Both the position numbers and the translations under genes were made by a program. A DNA stretch of 59,274 bases, counting the filler, from Squatina squatina (lineage: Eukaryota): assembly GCA_031763465.1 (NCBI GenBank). It is 3 parts of 3 records of this genome, joined end to end, with 100 filler letters (N's around TTAATTAATTAA, not from the genome) between each part and the next. Parts side by side here need not be neighbours in the genome. Positions count along the whole stretch, not along the records: positions 20,409 to 36,098 come from JARFOE010000100.1; positions 36,199 to 59,274 come from JARFOE010000057.1; 1 more part is not named here. One strand, written 5' to 3'. The notes under the pieces are model-generated. The model did not search any database. It was not told the origin of the DNA and worked only from the letters and a program-made list of their open reading frames with translations. Below, piece by piece: positions 25,633-37,065 of this stretch (positions are counted from its first letter, which is position 1; every line of letters begins with the position of its first letter).

Positions 25633-26790
25633 GTAGGCTGAAAATTTACATTCTAATGACATTCTTAATGAACCCAGCTCTATTATTTTAGCTCCTTTAT
25701 CAATATGTAGAAGATAAGTAATGTGCAACTATGCGATGTATTTTTATAATGTTACAATTAAAGACTGGATGCTGGAATTCTAACTATCCTAAATTATTAG
25801 TGCACAATAAGTCATGTGTCTAAATGTACTGGTGATGCAGCCTCATCAATAGGAATACATTGGTTCTAGATTTACACACGTGAACATACTTAATTTAGTC
25901 TTTGGAGGCATTTCTAAAAATAATCGTTGGCCCTGAGGAGTATGCTGCTGACCTCCAAACGGAGTCCACACTTAACTGCTGCAAACCCCCCTTCAAGAAG
26001 TTGCTTTGAAACGCTGTGGATTTGTGCACAGCGTAGTGGCCCACTGATCCCAGGGGCATGCCGTTGTGCATCAGCATACCTAGGATCAGGTCAGGAAATA
26101 TTTTAACTCAACATCAGAAAACTTGTAAACTAAACAGTGTGATGCTAGTTATATTTATTTGACAAGTACAGTATTGGCTTTAAAAAACACAGGGAATACT
26201 TTGGAGTAAGTACAGTTATTTACTGGAAGAATCTGCTAGATTAAAAAAAAATAAAGTGATCTCATCCCTCAAACCAAACCTTTGCAGCTGCATAGTAGGA
26301 TCTTTTACATGTTCGTATTTAATTTTTATACAATTTTCTCATTTCCCCCCGCCCACATCCCCTTATGCTGTGCAAATAGGCTCCTGTGTCTGTTTGCACC
26401 AGCCATAACATTTTCCAGCGTATTGATGCACAGTAGGTGTACAATTAGTCCAACTTTATGCCAGCACATCATTTCAGTGAGGACTTGAAAGTTGCAGCAG
26501 ATCATCAGAGTATGCCATCATATCAACTGCAAATTCAAGGCCATTTTCTTTAATATGATGTCTTGGATTGTTTCCTTTCTGTACATCTAGGCCATCAAAG
26601 ACCTCAGCAGTGATAGCTTGAACAAATCTAACATGTTAGTTTTATATTTCTCTGAACTATTCAGAGATGCATTAATGAGCGTAGAATTAAGTGCAAGGCT
26701 ATACTGCAGCGTGCAGCCTACACCTTAATTAATTCAAAATATTAGGGCGTGCTACAAACAAGCAAGGGACCTTTCATAAAGAATATTATG

Positions 26791-27210
26791 AGGGCAAAAT
26801 TGCCCTGTGCCGCGATTGGGGGTGGTAACCTTCTGGGGCCGTGACTTGTAGTGCCCGGCACGGAAGTCCTTCCCCCACTGCAGAATTGCCCTTACCGTCC
26901 CCTCAAAGAAAGTAGATCACAATCTGCCGTGCTCCACTTCCTTTGGGGGCGCTACTCGGACGCTGAAGGAAGTGCTACGTGGATGCTCCGCGTAGCGCTG
27001 ACCTGCTTCAGTGCCCCTCCCCTTTGATTAAAGGGGAGGGTCCCTGTGCACTCTGCAAGGCCTCTGATGGCCTTCACTAGGCCATCAGGGCAGTGTGCGA
27101 CTGGGCCAGCACAATGGCGGCCCGGACCACACTGAGGCTACCATCATCGAGCCGACCTGAGAATCGGCCAACAAAAAAAGATGATGGCCCGGGGCATTGG
27201 CGCCCTCCCC
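26791..27210. mobile_element. GC/CpG-rich non-autonomous DNA transposon fragment
   Basis: Sharp GC-rich insert beginning GGGCAAAATTGCCC inside an AT-rich CFAP221 intron, with AATTGCCCT repeated internally. Confidence 0.5.
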
Positions 27211-28007
27211 TATGTGCATTGTTACAGATGATGAACTTAAAAAAAAATACATGGCTGCTCTTGTAAAATAAAGGAAAATGTAAATAATATGAACTAATGA
27301 TCAATCATAAAGGGGTGAAGAAAAAAACCAAACTGCAGGTTCTGCCTTGTCTGGATAGACAGAGGTCTGGAAAAAAAAATAGCGGCATAGGAATCTGATC
27401 ACGCTTGTACTGCACACACTTTTTGCANNNNNNNNNNNNNNNNNNNNNNNNNNNNNNNNNNNNNNNNNNNNNNNNNNNNNNNNNNNNNNNNNNNNNNNNN
27501 NNNNNNNNNNNNNNNNNNNNNNNNNNNNNNNNNNNNNNNNNNNNNNNNNNNNNNNNNNNNNNNNNNNNNNNNNNNNNNNNNNNNNNNNNNNNNNNNNNNN
27601 NNNNNNNNNNNNNNNNNNNNNNNNNNNNNNNNNNNNNNNNNNNNNNNNNNNNNNNNNNNNNNNNNNNNNNNNNNNNNNNNNNNNNNNNNNNNNNNNNNNN
27701 NNNNNNNNNNNNNNNNNNNNNNNNNNNNNNNNNNNNNNNNNNNNNNNNNNNNNNNNNNNNNNNNNNNNNNNNNNNNNNNNNNNNNNNNNNNNNNNNNNNN
27801 NNNNNNNNNNNNNNNNNNNNNNNNNNNNNNNNNNNNNNNNNNNNNNNNNNNNNNNNNNNNNNNNNNNNNNNNNNNNNNNNNNNNNNNNNNNNNNNNNNNN
27901 NNNNNNNNNNNNNNNNNNNNNNNNNNNNNNNNNNNNNNNNNNNNNNNNNNNNNNNNNNNNNNNNNNNNNNNNNNNNNNNNNNNNNNNNNNNNNNNNNNNN
28001 NNNNNNC

Positions 28008-28092
28008 CCATACAGATTCCACATCATCTGAGCTAATATCCTTCCTCACTATTGCGTTAATCTCCTCTTTAACCAGTATAAAGTATGCCATG
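28008..28092 (-). mobile_element. CR1 LINE endonuclease fragment
   Basis: LVKEEINAIVRKDISSDDVESVW is typical of the CR1 APE domain; flanks a long gap. Confidence 0.7.
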
Positions 28093-28306
28093 TGAATTGT
28101 TTAAGATAAATTGTAGAAAAGCACACAGCAATGTTACTACTGATTATAAAATGATCAATCTGTGGTAAGAAATGGTTTCCAGTGTTTGCAAACTCTACCT
28201 TCAGTGCTAAATGAATGATTTTAAATGTTTTCTACTGAAATCTATAAATCATAACTTAGATATCATAATGTGTATCGAANNNNNNNNNNTAATTGTTTCT
28301 TTACAG

Positions 28307-28393
28307 AAACTGATCAACATTTCTTCAGCATTGATAAATGTACACATTCTACCTCCTCAGACAAAGTACTTCCAAATCAAATATACCAAAAAG
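28307..28393 (+). CDS. CFAP221: CFAP221 exon
   Basis: ttacAG|AAA...AAG|GTCAGT, 87 nt. [29 protein letters not shown] matches CFAP221 [29 protein letters not shown]; in phase with 25532-25632. Confidence 0.93.
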
Positions 28394-28869
28394 GTCAGTA
28401 CTCCTTTTAGATACATGACATGGCATATTTACAGTGTATCTTTTGTATCAAGTACAGAAGTGTTGTAGGAAAGATCAATTTTCTTCCTTACATTGAACAT
28501 CTGTATGGTATATGAGATGCATGGTCCAGTTTTGCCTTAACTTTTGTTGCACCAGTGTGTGATCTATTTTCCTTAATATCTAACCCTATAACCAGTGATA
28601 AAATAATGAAAGGAAACAATGGTAGTCCTTGAAATAATCAAGTCTATACAATAGCCAGTCCCCCTAGTCTCCTTATTTGCCAGTTATGCTCCAGCCTGCN
28701 NNNNNNNNNGCAGCTAATGGATTTGAGGCACAAGAAATGAATGTTGCACCTTGGAACTGGTGGGGATTCACAACCATCTGGAATTGGTTGAAGACAAAGG
28801 TATTATATGAGGAAGTTAGAAAACTGCTAAGGAGATCAACAGAAATATTAATGTTATCCTGAGTGGAGG

Positions 28870-29400
28870 GAAACTTTTCTGTGGGGAGGTGGTTGTCCGA
28901 GAGTTGGGGAGATTATTAGCTCTTTTTCCGGGGGTGAAAATTGATGGTGCAAAGTTAGGAGTAGGCATCAGATACATAGAAGAAAGGTGGTGCAAATTAA
29001 GTGAAGGAAGTAAATGTAAAGAGTGGGCTTAGCAGAGACAAGGAGGGAATGGAAATTGACTAATGGGGCAGAGTAAATTCAGTTTCAGGTTTGGATCATT
29101 GAGAATGTGGGCAGAGATTGAAAGGGAACATGAATGAGAAGACTCTGATGAGGAAAGAGATCTGAGGTGGGTAGTTGTATGAGTTCTTGAAAGAGAACTG
29201 GAGGGATGCAGATGGGTGGATTTTTGAATGTGGAGGAGTTGGGGGAATGGATGGAAAGACTAAGGCTGGATTTGGAGATCGGTGCTTTATCACTGTCATG
29301 GTAGCTAAGGTGGGATACATGTTGGAAAATGAAGTCAAGCAGGGTGGCCATGATGAGGGAACCTGAAATGTTATCCTAAAACAGGAAAATAGATGAACAG
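28870..29400 (-). mobile_element. Decayed L2-like LINE RT fragment
   Basis: Purine-rich plus strand; minus strand gives degenerate frames resembling the L2 RT N-terminal part. Confidence 0.45.
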
Positions 29401-29535
29401 GTGTTAGAGAGAAAACTTTATTCTGTCCATTCTGGNNNNNNNNNNNNNNNNNNNNNNNNNNNNNNNNNNNNNNNNNNNNNNNNNNNNNNNNNNNNNNNNN
29501 NNNNNNNNNNNNNNNNNNNNNNNNNNNNNNNNNNN

Positions 29536-30714
29536 CCTGGGTCCTCAGAATACCACCACAATCAATCTCAACACCAACATTATTACACACACTAGCATCA
29601 CCAACACCAACACTAACCTCCTCCACAATCACCTGATGCGGCACAGGACACAGGGCATCAGTACCCAACCACATTGCTGCCCGGGAGGCCAGGGATGGCC
29701 TCACCATGGCCACATTTATTTCATTTGACAGTGCACACCCTGGCTGCCACATGATGTGCCAGGTTGATACCACACGCACTAACACCATAAAGTATCCCTG
29801 CAATGCCCAAGCCATTCCTTTCACACTCATCACCATTGCGGGGGTTACCCTTATGCCTGACCATTTACTGCAACTTACTAAGCCACTTCCAAAGGTGCAC
29901 ACAAATCTGTCCAAGAACACGAATCAAAATAAATATTACAATGTTTGACTACAGACTAGCGGAAACTCGACATGAATATTGGCTAAAAGACCCAAGTGCC
30001 TATCCTTGTGTTGTTAGTTGGTACGATTGTACAAGTATGAGGGTGAGTGTAAGGGTTGGCTAGTGAGATGGGGAAGTGATAATGTAGACAGAGACAGAGA
30101 GGATGGGTGGAGGTGCAAGGTAATTTGCTGTGAGTAAGGATGTGCAGGAGTAGGGTATGGTAGAGGATGAGGTTGAGTTTGGCATTGCAGTAACATTTCA
30201 TGATCTACTGAGATCATTGAAAGGTTTGCGCCGCTGCAGCCTGGTCCTCCTGACCACATCCCTGGTTGTGCCCTCCTGTACAATGTGCAACCAGGCTGCG
30301 TTGGTGTCCTGTGGACGTCTCTTCCGCCCATTGGAAAGGAAGAGAACCTCCCTGCATGCTGTGACTCCCTCCATAAGCACCTGGAGGGAGTCATGGGAGA
30401 GCCTGGGTGCAGCCATGCACCTTTTTGCAGTGCTGGTCAGTGTTTGCAGCACTTCAATGTTGTAGAACACTGACAGAACAACTGTCAAAAAAAGGGCAGC
30501 CATGGTCCCTTTAAGGAAACCGGCTGATGACACGTCATCAGATGATGTATTAGACCTGCTTCCTGTTAATTGGCTGGGACCCTCGCAGGGCAGGCTTAAC
30601 AAGCCCAACCAACCTAAAATCAGATCAACAGAGCTCCACGGAAGCAGGAGCAGAGTCGCAGTCCACCACTTACCCAGCTGCACTTAGCCCTCCTCGGTAA
30701 GTAAAATTGCAGCC
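29536..30714 (-). mobile_element. Harbinger-family non-autonomous element with Myb/SANT-like ORF
   Basis: ORF 30198-30683: AAPRLSHDSLQVLMEGVTACREVLF..NAAWLHIVQE..RRTRLQRRKPFNDL. Colinear in reverse with 50514-52181 over more than 1 kb. Confidence 0.85.
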
Positions 30715-30949
30715 GAGGGAGCTCACTGTTATCATTGCCCCTCCTACTGGGTCAACGATTCTATGACTAGATATCAGGTAGTAAAGATGAATTATGGATC
30801 ATAGGGCACTGGTAACACTAAACTTGAGAGAATATCTAGTGCAAACCCAAAATTTGTAACAATGCTAGGTTTTAACAATTAATCTCCTATTGAGGGATGG
30901 CCACCACATTCTCATCTCCTGCAAAGGTGGAAACTGCCCAAATGTTGTA

Positions 30950-31240
30950 AATCACCATGTCATCAGACCAATATATATGAGTTTGTGGTGGGGTCAAAGA
31001 CGATGGCTCCAGTCATCCCAATGTTTAACTCTAGGAAATTGTGGCTCATCCAAAGCTGGATGTTGAAGAAGCAGTCTGGCAACACAGAGGGATCAAGAGA
31101 CATGGTGAAAAGGTCGAGGTAGGTGTTGTCAGTGTACATGTGGAAGGTGATCCCATGTCTTCAGATGATGTCCCCAGTGGGAACCAGGTAAATGATGAAG
31201 AGGAAGGGGAAAAGATAAATCCTTGGGGCAGGACTAGGAG
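30950..31240 (-). mobile_element. L2 LINE RT fragment
   Basis: Minus strand reads PQG...LFLIYLVPTGDII*RHGITFHMYTDNTYL, a degenerate RT core (YADD region). Confidence 0.75.
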
Positions 31241-31976
31241 CTGAATATTCCTGGTTACAAAATACTCAGGCGAAATCAAGCTTGAAAAAAGAAAGGAGGG
31301 GCTTCAGCAATTTCAAAGATTCCACTACAGCACTAGAATATAGAAGTATAAAAGTACTTAAAATTAATCAAAATGCATAATCTCAAAATTTACATCTCAA
31401 ACATTTATAGTTCCCTCTTCAGGCCTTCATGAACTGAATATTTTTCTTCCAATATAAAAGAGAGAATGCTGTATATGCCTACAGCTTGTGGCAGATTTTC
31501 CTGTTGGTACCCTGTGGCGTATTAGATTGCTTGGGCACAGTGCAGAGAAGAAAAATCAGGCAAGGAGGATCAGGTCAGTAATGAAGCTTGACCGATTTTC
31601 TGCCCCGTGAAATTAATGGATGTAAATTCGGACAGACTCCAATGCTGGTGTTCGATCCTCCCATTTGAGTTCCCTCTATGCACTATACCCAAGTGATTCA
31701 ATGGACCCAAGTGCTACAAGCAGAAAATCGGCCCCCTTGATTTCACACGTCATAGGCATTAATCAAGGCCATTCTCGAATTGCACGCATGTTGAGGGCCA
31801 TGTCAATGTTTGCTAGTTTTCTGGATGAACAGGCATGTTTAATTAGTTTTTTACTACATTTGTTCCTCTCTGTACTNNNNNNNNNNNNNNNNNNNNNNNN
31901 NNNNNNNNNNNNNNNNNNNNNNNNNNNNNNNNNNNNNNNNNNNNNNNNNNNNNNNNNNNNNNNNNNNNNNNNNNNN

Positions 31977-32640
31977 GCTGGGGCTGTTGGAGCAGAACCC
32001 GCGGAGCACGCCGCCCAGCAAAAACATGACAGCCGCCGCGGAAATGAAGAAATCCGGAGCCAGGGACAGTGCCTGGTCCTCGGAGCGGCGGGATTCTGGC
32101 TCCTCAGAGATACTTTGTGATGAGGTGGGAGAGCGCTCGGCGAGCCCCCTGGTCCCGGGCTTGATGGACCTGCTGACACACTTCGCCAAGGCGTTCATCT
32201 ACCTTTTCCCCGTCTACCTGACCGGCTATTTCGGATTGAGCCTCACCTGGATCATCTTCGGGCTCTTTGTATGGATCTGCTGGAAGAGGAACAGGGGCTG
32301 GAAACTCGCGCGTTTGCGAGCAGCGTTCCACTTGCTGGAAGACGAGAAGTTTGTGATTAATCGGGAGATTAAGCAAGATCTCCCCGCCTGGGTACGTATA
32401 CTAATTCATTAAATAAGATGAAAATCAAATCCGCTGTTTAATCCGGGGCGGGGGGCTGTTGTGCCTGCATGTGTCATTTTAGGAATCTGGATTATTTATC
32501 TGCCCGGTTTTCTGAGCATCATTGTCATTTCGGAATGGTGGTTGTTTGGCAATCTGGTGACGGCACCGAGCTCGTCGCTTTTCGCTGGCAGTTGTCTGAA
32601 ACTTTTGAGAGTATAGATTAATTTTAAAAAATGAGAGCAT
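31977..32640. promoter_or_regulatory. CpG-rich first-exon region of ESYT3
   Basis: High CpG density around the ATG exon in an otherwise CpG-poor window; GGGGCGGGG GC-box near 32445. Confidence 0.6.
32026..32391 (+). CDS. ESYT3: Extended synaptotagmin-3, first coding exon (membrane hairpin)
   Basis: aaacATG...TGG|GTACGT, 122 codons. YLFPVYLTGYFGLSLTWIIFGLFVWICWKRNRGWKLARLRAAFHLLEDEK..QDLPAW resembles ESYT3 YLGPVYLAGYLGLSITW..RRNRRGKLGRLAAAFEFLDNE..LPAW. Start codon tentative because of a gap just upstream. Confidence 0.88.
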
Positions 32641-33436
32641 NNNNNNNNNNNNNNNNNNNNNNNNNNNNNNNNNNNNNNNNNNNNNNNNNNNNNNNNNNNN
32701 NNNNNNNNNNNNNNNNNNNNNNNNNNNNNNNNNNNNNNNNTAACATTTCTTATGCAGGTAAAACAAAGCAGATATGCTAGGTTTTACCAAGCGTAAAATA
32801 TTTGGAGAGATCCCCAGCGAAAGTTTTGCAAAAATCTCGCAAATCTCAGTGCTGGGGATGAGCTCCGCAGCCTAAACGTTGGATCTGTCGAGGAGATTCT
32901 TGACCGATTGCAAATGCCGGTTATGTGGACTTAAGACAAACAGCCCCATAACTGGCTTTTGCGATGTCTCCCTGGGTGTGCAGTTTCAGGGACAATGTAA
33001 TTTCAAGGCCCAAGTCCCTACTGGCGACTAATGACCACAAAGACCAAATTCCACAGCCTTTCAAATATAACACCAGAATGTGAACCAGAAATCTATCTTG
33101 AGTGTACAACAATCATATTCTGGTTAATACACAAATCAGGACAAGAGCATACTTCTCTCCAGAGCTCTTATGGTGTGTTTTGCCAACCACTTGCTTTCTC
33201 TGAGAAAGTCAGTAAAGATTATAAATTTTAAAGCAGTTTTGCAGGAAATATGATGAAAACAAATTCTAATTTCTTTGGGGAAATAGAAGGCCTTTTGTAA
33301 AACTCAGCATAACTGTCTGGAAATTAGGAAAGCAGATAACTGGTTTCGATGATTCGGCACATTGTTGAGGCTGTGAACTCAAAAGGCATGGATTTGACAA
33401 ATGAGAGTTTCATTTTAAATCTTGTTTCACTTTCAG

Positions 33437-33506
33437 CTACATAGGAGATTGTGAAATTAATGTGGAGGTGAAGAAAGTGTGTAAAGCTGGCTTGAAGGGA
33501 ATTCAG
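33437..33506 (+). CDS. ESYT3: ESYT3 SMP-domain exon
   Basis: tttcAG|C TAC...CAG|GTAGG, 70 nt. YIGDCEINVEVKKVCKAGLKGIQ resembles ESYT3 YIGDCEISVELQKIQAGVNGIQ. Confidence 0.9.
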
Positions 33507-35179
33507 GTAGGTGGGAAATTTTGAAAATGGTTCTTGGTATAAATTACTTCATAAATTGTGCCAGAGTTGTCTCTGATGATACAAAATTTTAAACAATTGA
33601 TGTTCAATCAATAAATGAGTGAAACTTGACACAGTAGTGCTGTGTACCAACATGCATCATTACAGAATGATGGGAAGCAAGTTTCATCCCCCACAATGCT
33701 GATCTCTGGAGGGATAATTTAAACAATATATAATTTGGTAAGCTACCTTTATGCTCCTTTTCTCTCAAAGGTTCTGGTTTTTGCTAGATAGAGTTCCACA
33801 TTGCTGGCAAAAAGTTGGTATCTTGTCCAAGTGACTGTCTTCACAGTCTTCATGCGGGGCCTGGACAGTAAGTACCAGCAGGCTATTTGGCCATGGGAAT
33901 AGTTGCTTCATAGCTAAACCACAAGCTGACAACATTCAACATCTATATTCCAGTAGGAGTCACTGGGTTATATGCAAGATTTTCCTCCCAACTCCTGCTC
34001 GAGGCACAGAAACTTATTTAAGTACCTCCAATTCTACCAGGAATAAACAAAATACATTCTAATTAACTCACACATCATGAAATATCATGAAAGGGCTGAA
34101 TAATTTNNNNNNNNNNNNNNNNNNNNNNNNNNNNNNNNNNNNNNNNNNNNNNNNNNNNNNNNNNNNNNNNNNNNNNNNNNNNNNNNNNNNNNNNNNNNNN
34201 NNNNNNGTTCCTGCTGCTCGTCCTCCACAATATCTAGCATTGAGATAATCGATGCAGCATCTGTGTGCAGGGTTTTGTGCAAGACTTTTCTTTGGCTCGT
34301 TCAGTAAGCCGCCTCCTTCCTTACTTGTCTTTTCAAGTCTGCTCTATCCTTTTGTCTTTATGCAGCTTCAGTTGTGCAAAATGAATGCAATGCGCAAAAT
34401 TAATGTAAACAAATCAAGTAAATTCTGAGTGAATTTGCACAGTTCTTGCAAATTTCTGCTTAAACAAGCAAAAAAAAAACAATAATAGCGATCAGTGCAT
34501 TAATGTACATTGCACTTGCTTACTTAGAGGAGCAATTTTAGGAATTGGGCAAAAGTTGGCCACCACTGTTCACAATTATTATACCTTAATGCACAATTGG
34601 CACATATGGTAGCTGTAATTCTGAGAGCGATTTGAACCAACAGACCAGCACATTGAAATTACCATCCACGATGTGAAGTTCCTCTAATCTAATGCTCAAC
34701 TCCCACCACCTCCTAAATGTTGATGTGTTGGACTGCTTTGTTTTGCCTGTTGAGTCAAACCTTCATTATGGTAAAAATTAGGAGGTAGTGGTCCTTAAAC
34801 CTGACTGGTTGGAAATGGTTACTGTTTCTGCTTGTACTACAGCTACATGGTACGCTCCGAGTGATCCTGGAACCCCTCTCCAGTCAGATGCCCCTGGTTG
34901 GAGCTGTGACTTTGTTCTTCATTCGCCGACCAGTAAGTTTTTGCTACTTATTTCATCCTGTTTCACTTTTTATAATTTTCTAACAAAGTAGCTCTAACAA
35001 CAAATCACTGTCTTTTATTAAAATGATTCATATAATGGCACATTTTAAAAATACTATGAGGATGAAACCAGTTGCAGATTTGATGTCTCATGATTCAGAA
35101 TTAGTTATTGTTTGTTTCGTACCAAGATGGTCTGTGGCATCTTTTGCTGAAGGATAATATTTTGATGTTTCCCAAAGCA

Positions 35180-35493
35180 CAAGAAACCCCCCCCAAAAAA
35201 AATTGCCTCAACACCCTGAAAAGCCCACTCAGTATATCTCCCAACATGTGCGCATGTCAAAAGACACCACAGACAACACTCATAAGGGTCTGGGAATTAA
35301 TTCTAAACATCCAAGTAACAGATGAGGAATGGAGAGGTTTGGAGACCAACCCTGTCAAACACTAATCATAACAAGATGCAGGAAGATTAACTAATAATTG
35401 TTTACCATACATGCTGCGCACCATATAAGCTCCTTAAATTCTTCCAGTTGGAGAACAGATGGCTGCTGGAGGGTTGTGGCCAGACAGCCTCAC
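35180..35493 (+). mobile_element. L1-like LINE ORF2 C-terminal relic
   Basis: RVWELILNIQVTDEEW ... DGCWR/GCGQTAS resembles the L1 C-terminal cysteine-rich (zf-RVT) region. Confidence 0.5.
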
Positions 35494-35593
35494 NNNNNNN
35501 NNNNNNNNNNNNNNNNNNNNNNNNNNNNNNNNNNNNNNNNNNNNNNNNNNNNNNNNNNNNNNNNNNNNNNNNNNNNNNNNNNNNNNNNNNNNN

Positions 35594-35811
35594 GAGGGAC
35601 TGGATGTTCAAACTTGTTGGGAAGGAAACCTTTGCAGTGGGGGCAACTAAAACAAAAGCAACAATCAACATTGATGCAGTTAGTGGTTTTGCTTATGAAT
35701 ACACATTGGAGATCAATGGGAAAAGCCTGAAGAAGTATATGGAGAACAGGTCAAAGACAACAAACACATGGCTGTTAAATCTGGATGGAGTAGATTCTCG
35801 AATAGTACTGG
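35594..35811 (+). CDS. FAIM: Fas apoptotic inhibitory molecule exon, 5' end in gap
   Basis: RDWMFKLVGKETFAVGATKTKATINIDAVSGFAYEYTLEINGKSLKKYMENRSKTTNTWLLNLDGVDSRIVL G|GTAGG; near identical to FAIM1. Confidence 0.97.
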
Positions 35812-36142
35812 GTAGGTGCATGTTAGGGTAGAAAATTTTTTGTTTCTCCACTGAAAGTGACTGTATATTTAAATTTATCCTGGTTCGAGACATCTACATA
35901 CTGTGTGTGAAAGGCTTCCCCCCGCAACCCATCACGCTAGCTTATGTTTCACCATGACCACCAAGCTCATCTCCTTCATGAAAACCCACCTCCTGCACTT
36001 TCAACTGCCTCACAATCTAACCCCTTGCTACATTATGACAATCTTTATGACCTAATATACCAGTAGTTCCCACTCCTTAGAGTCTGACCCTCTGCCTTNN
36101 NNNNNNNNNNNNNNNNNNNNNNNNNNNNNNNNNNNNNNNNNN

Positions 36143-36154
36143 TTAATTAATTAA
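36143..36154. other. Artificial scaffolding spacer TTAATTAATTAA
   Basis: 44 N + 12-mer + 44 N, same as at 20353. Confidence 0.95.
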
Positions 36155-36198
36155 NNNNNNNNNNNNNNNNNNNNNNNNNNNNNNNNNNNNNNNNNNNN

Positions 36199-37065
36199 CC
36201 AAAACTCGATTCCTCAGACACTGGCCTCTTGTACATCCCACCATTGGCAACTGTGCCTTCAATCACCTGTGCTCAAATCTCTGAAATTCCCTCTTTACTT
36301 TATTCTCCTTCTTGAACACCCACCTTCGAACTCACCTCCCTTCCGACTATCTCCTGCTTTGGCTTAGCATCCATTTTTTTGATTATGTCTCTGTGAAGCA
36401 TCTTGGGATGTTTTTTTCTCGGTTAATGGTGCAACATCAATGCATGCTCCTGACATTGTTGATGGATCCATTTCTCAGATACTCCCCTCTTACCTTTCAA
36501 AATCACCCGCTTCTTCAAAAAACCTACCCTTAACCCCTCCTTCCTTGCAAACTGTTACCCCACCTTAATCTCTTTTTCATCCCCAAAATTCTTGAACATG
36601 TTGTCTCCTCCCAAATCCCTACCCATCTTTCCTGCAACTCCCCATTTGAATCTCTCCAATCAGGTTCCTGCCTGCCACAGCACCAAAACAGCCCTAACCA
36701 AAGTCTCAAGTGACATCCTCTGTCACTGTGGCTGTGATGCATTATCCCTCCTTGTTCTCCTCAACCTTTCTGCAGCCGTTTACATGGTTGACCACAGAAG
36801 CATCCTCCAATGTGTTCCTCTGTTGTCCAGCTCAGTTCTTAGCCATCGTATCATAGTCACAATGGCTTCTCTTCAAGCCCCCACAATGTTTTCTTCAGAA
36901 TCCCCAAGGATATATCCTTGGCCGCCCTCCTCTTCCTCATTTACATACTGCCCCTTGGTGATATCATCTGCAGACGTGGGGTCAGCTACCACATGTACGC
37001 TGGTGTTACCCAGATCTGCCTTTCCACCCCCTCTTTCGGCCCTTCCACTGCCTCTGTGTTGTCAG
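36199..37065 (+). mobile_element. L2 LINE fragments (3' tail then RT domain)
   Basis: HSTKTALTKVSSDIL..LLVLLNLSAAV..VDH and LFLIYILPLGDIICRRGVSYHMYA; an L2-type 3' end lies at 36199-36440. Confidence 0.85.

Noticed and set aside
34207-34370. Minus-strand ORF between ESYT3 and FAIM as a CEP70 exon
   Set aside because: No frame resembles CEP70 and no splice sites fit.
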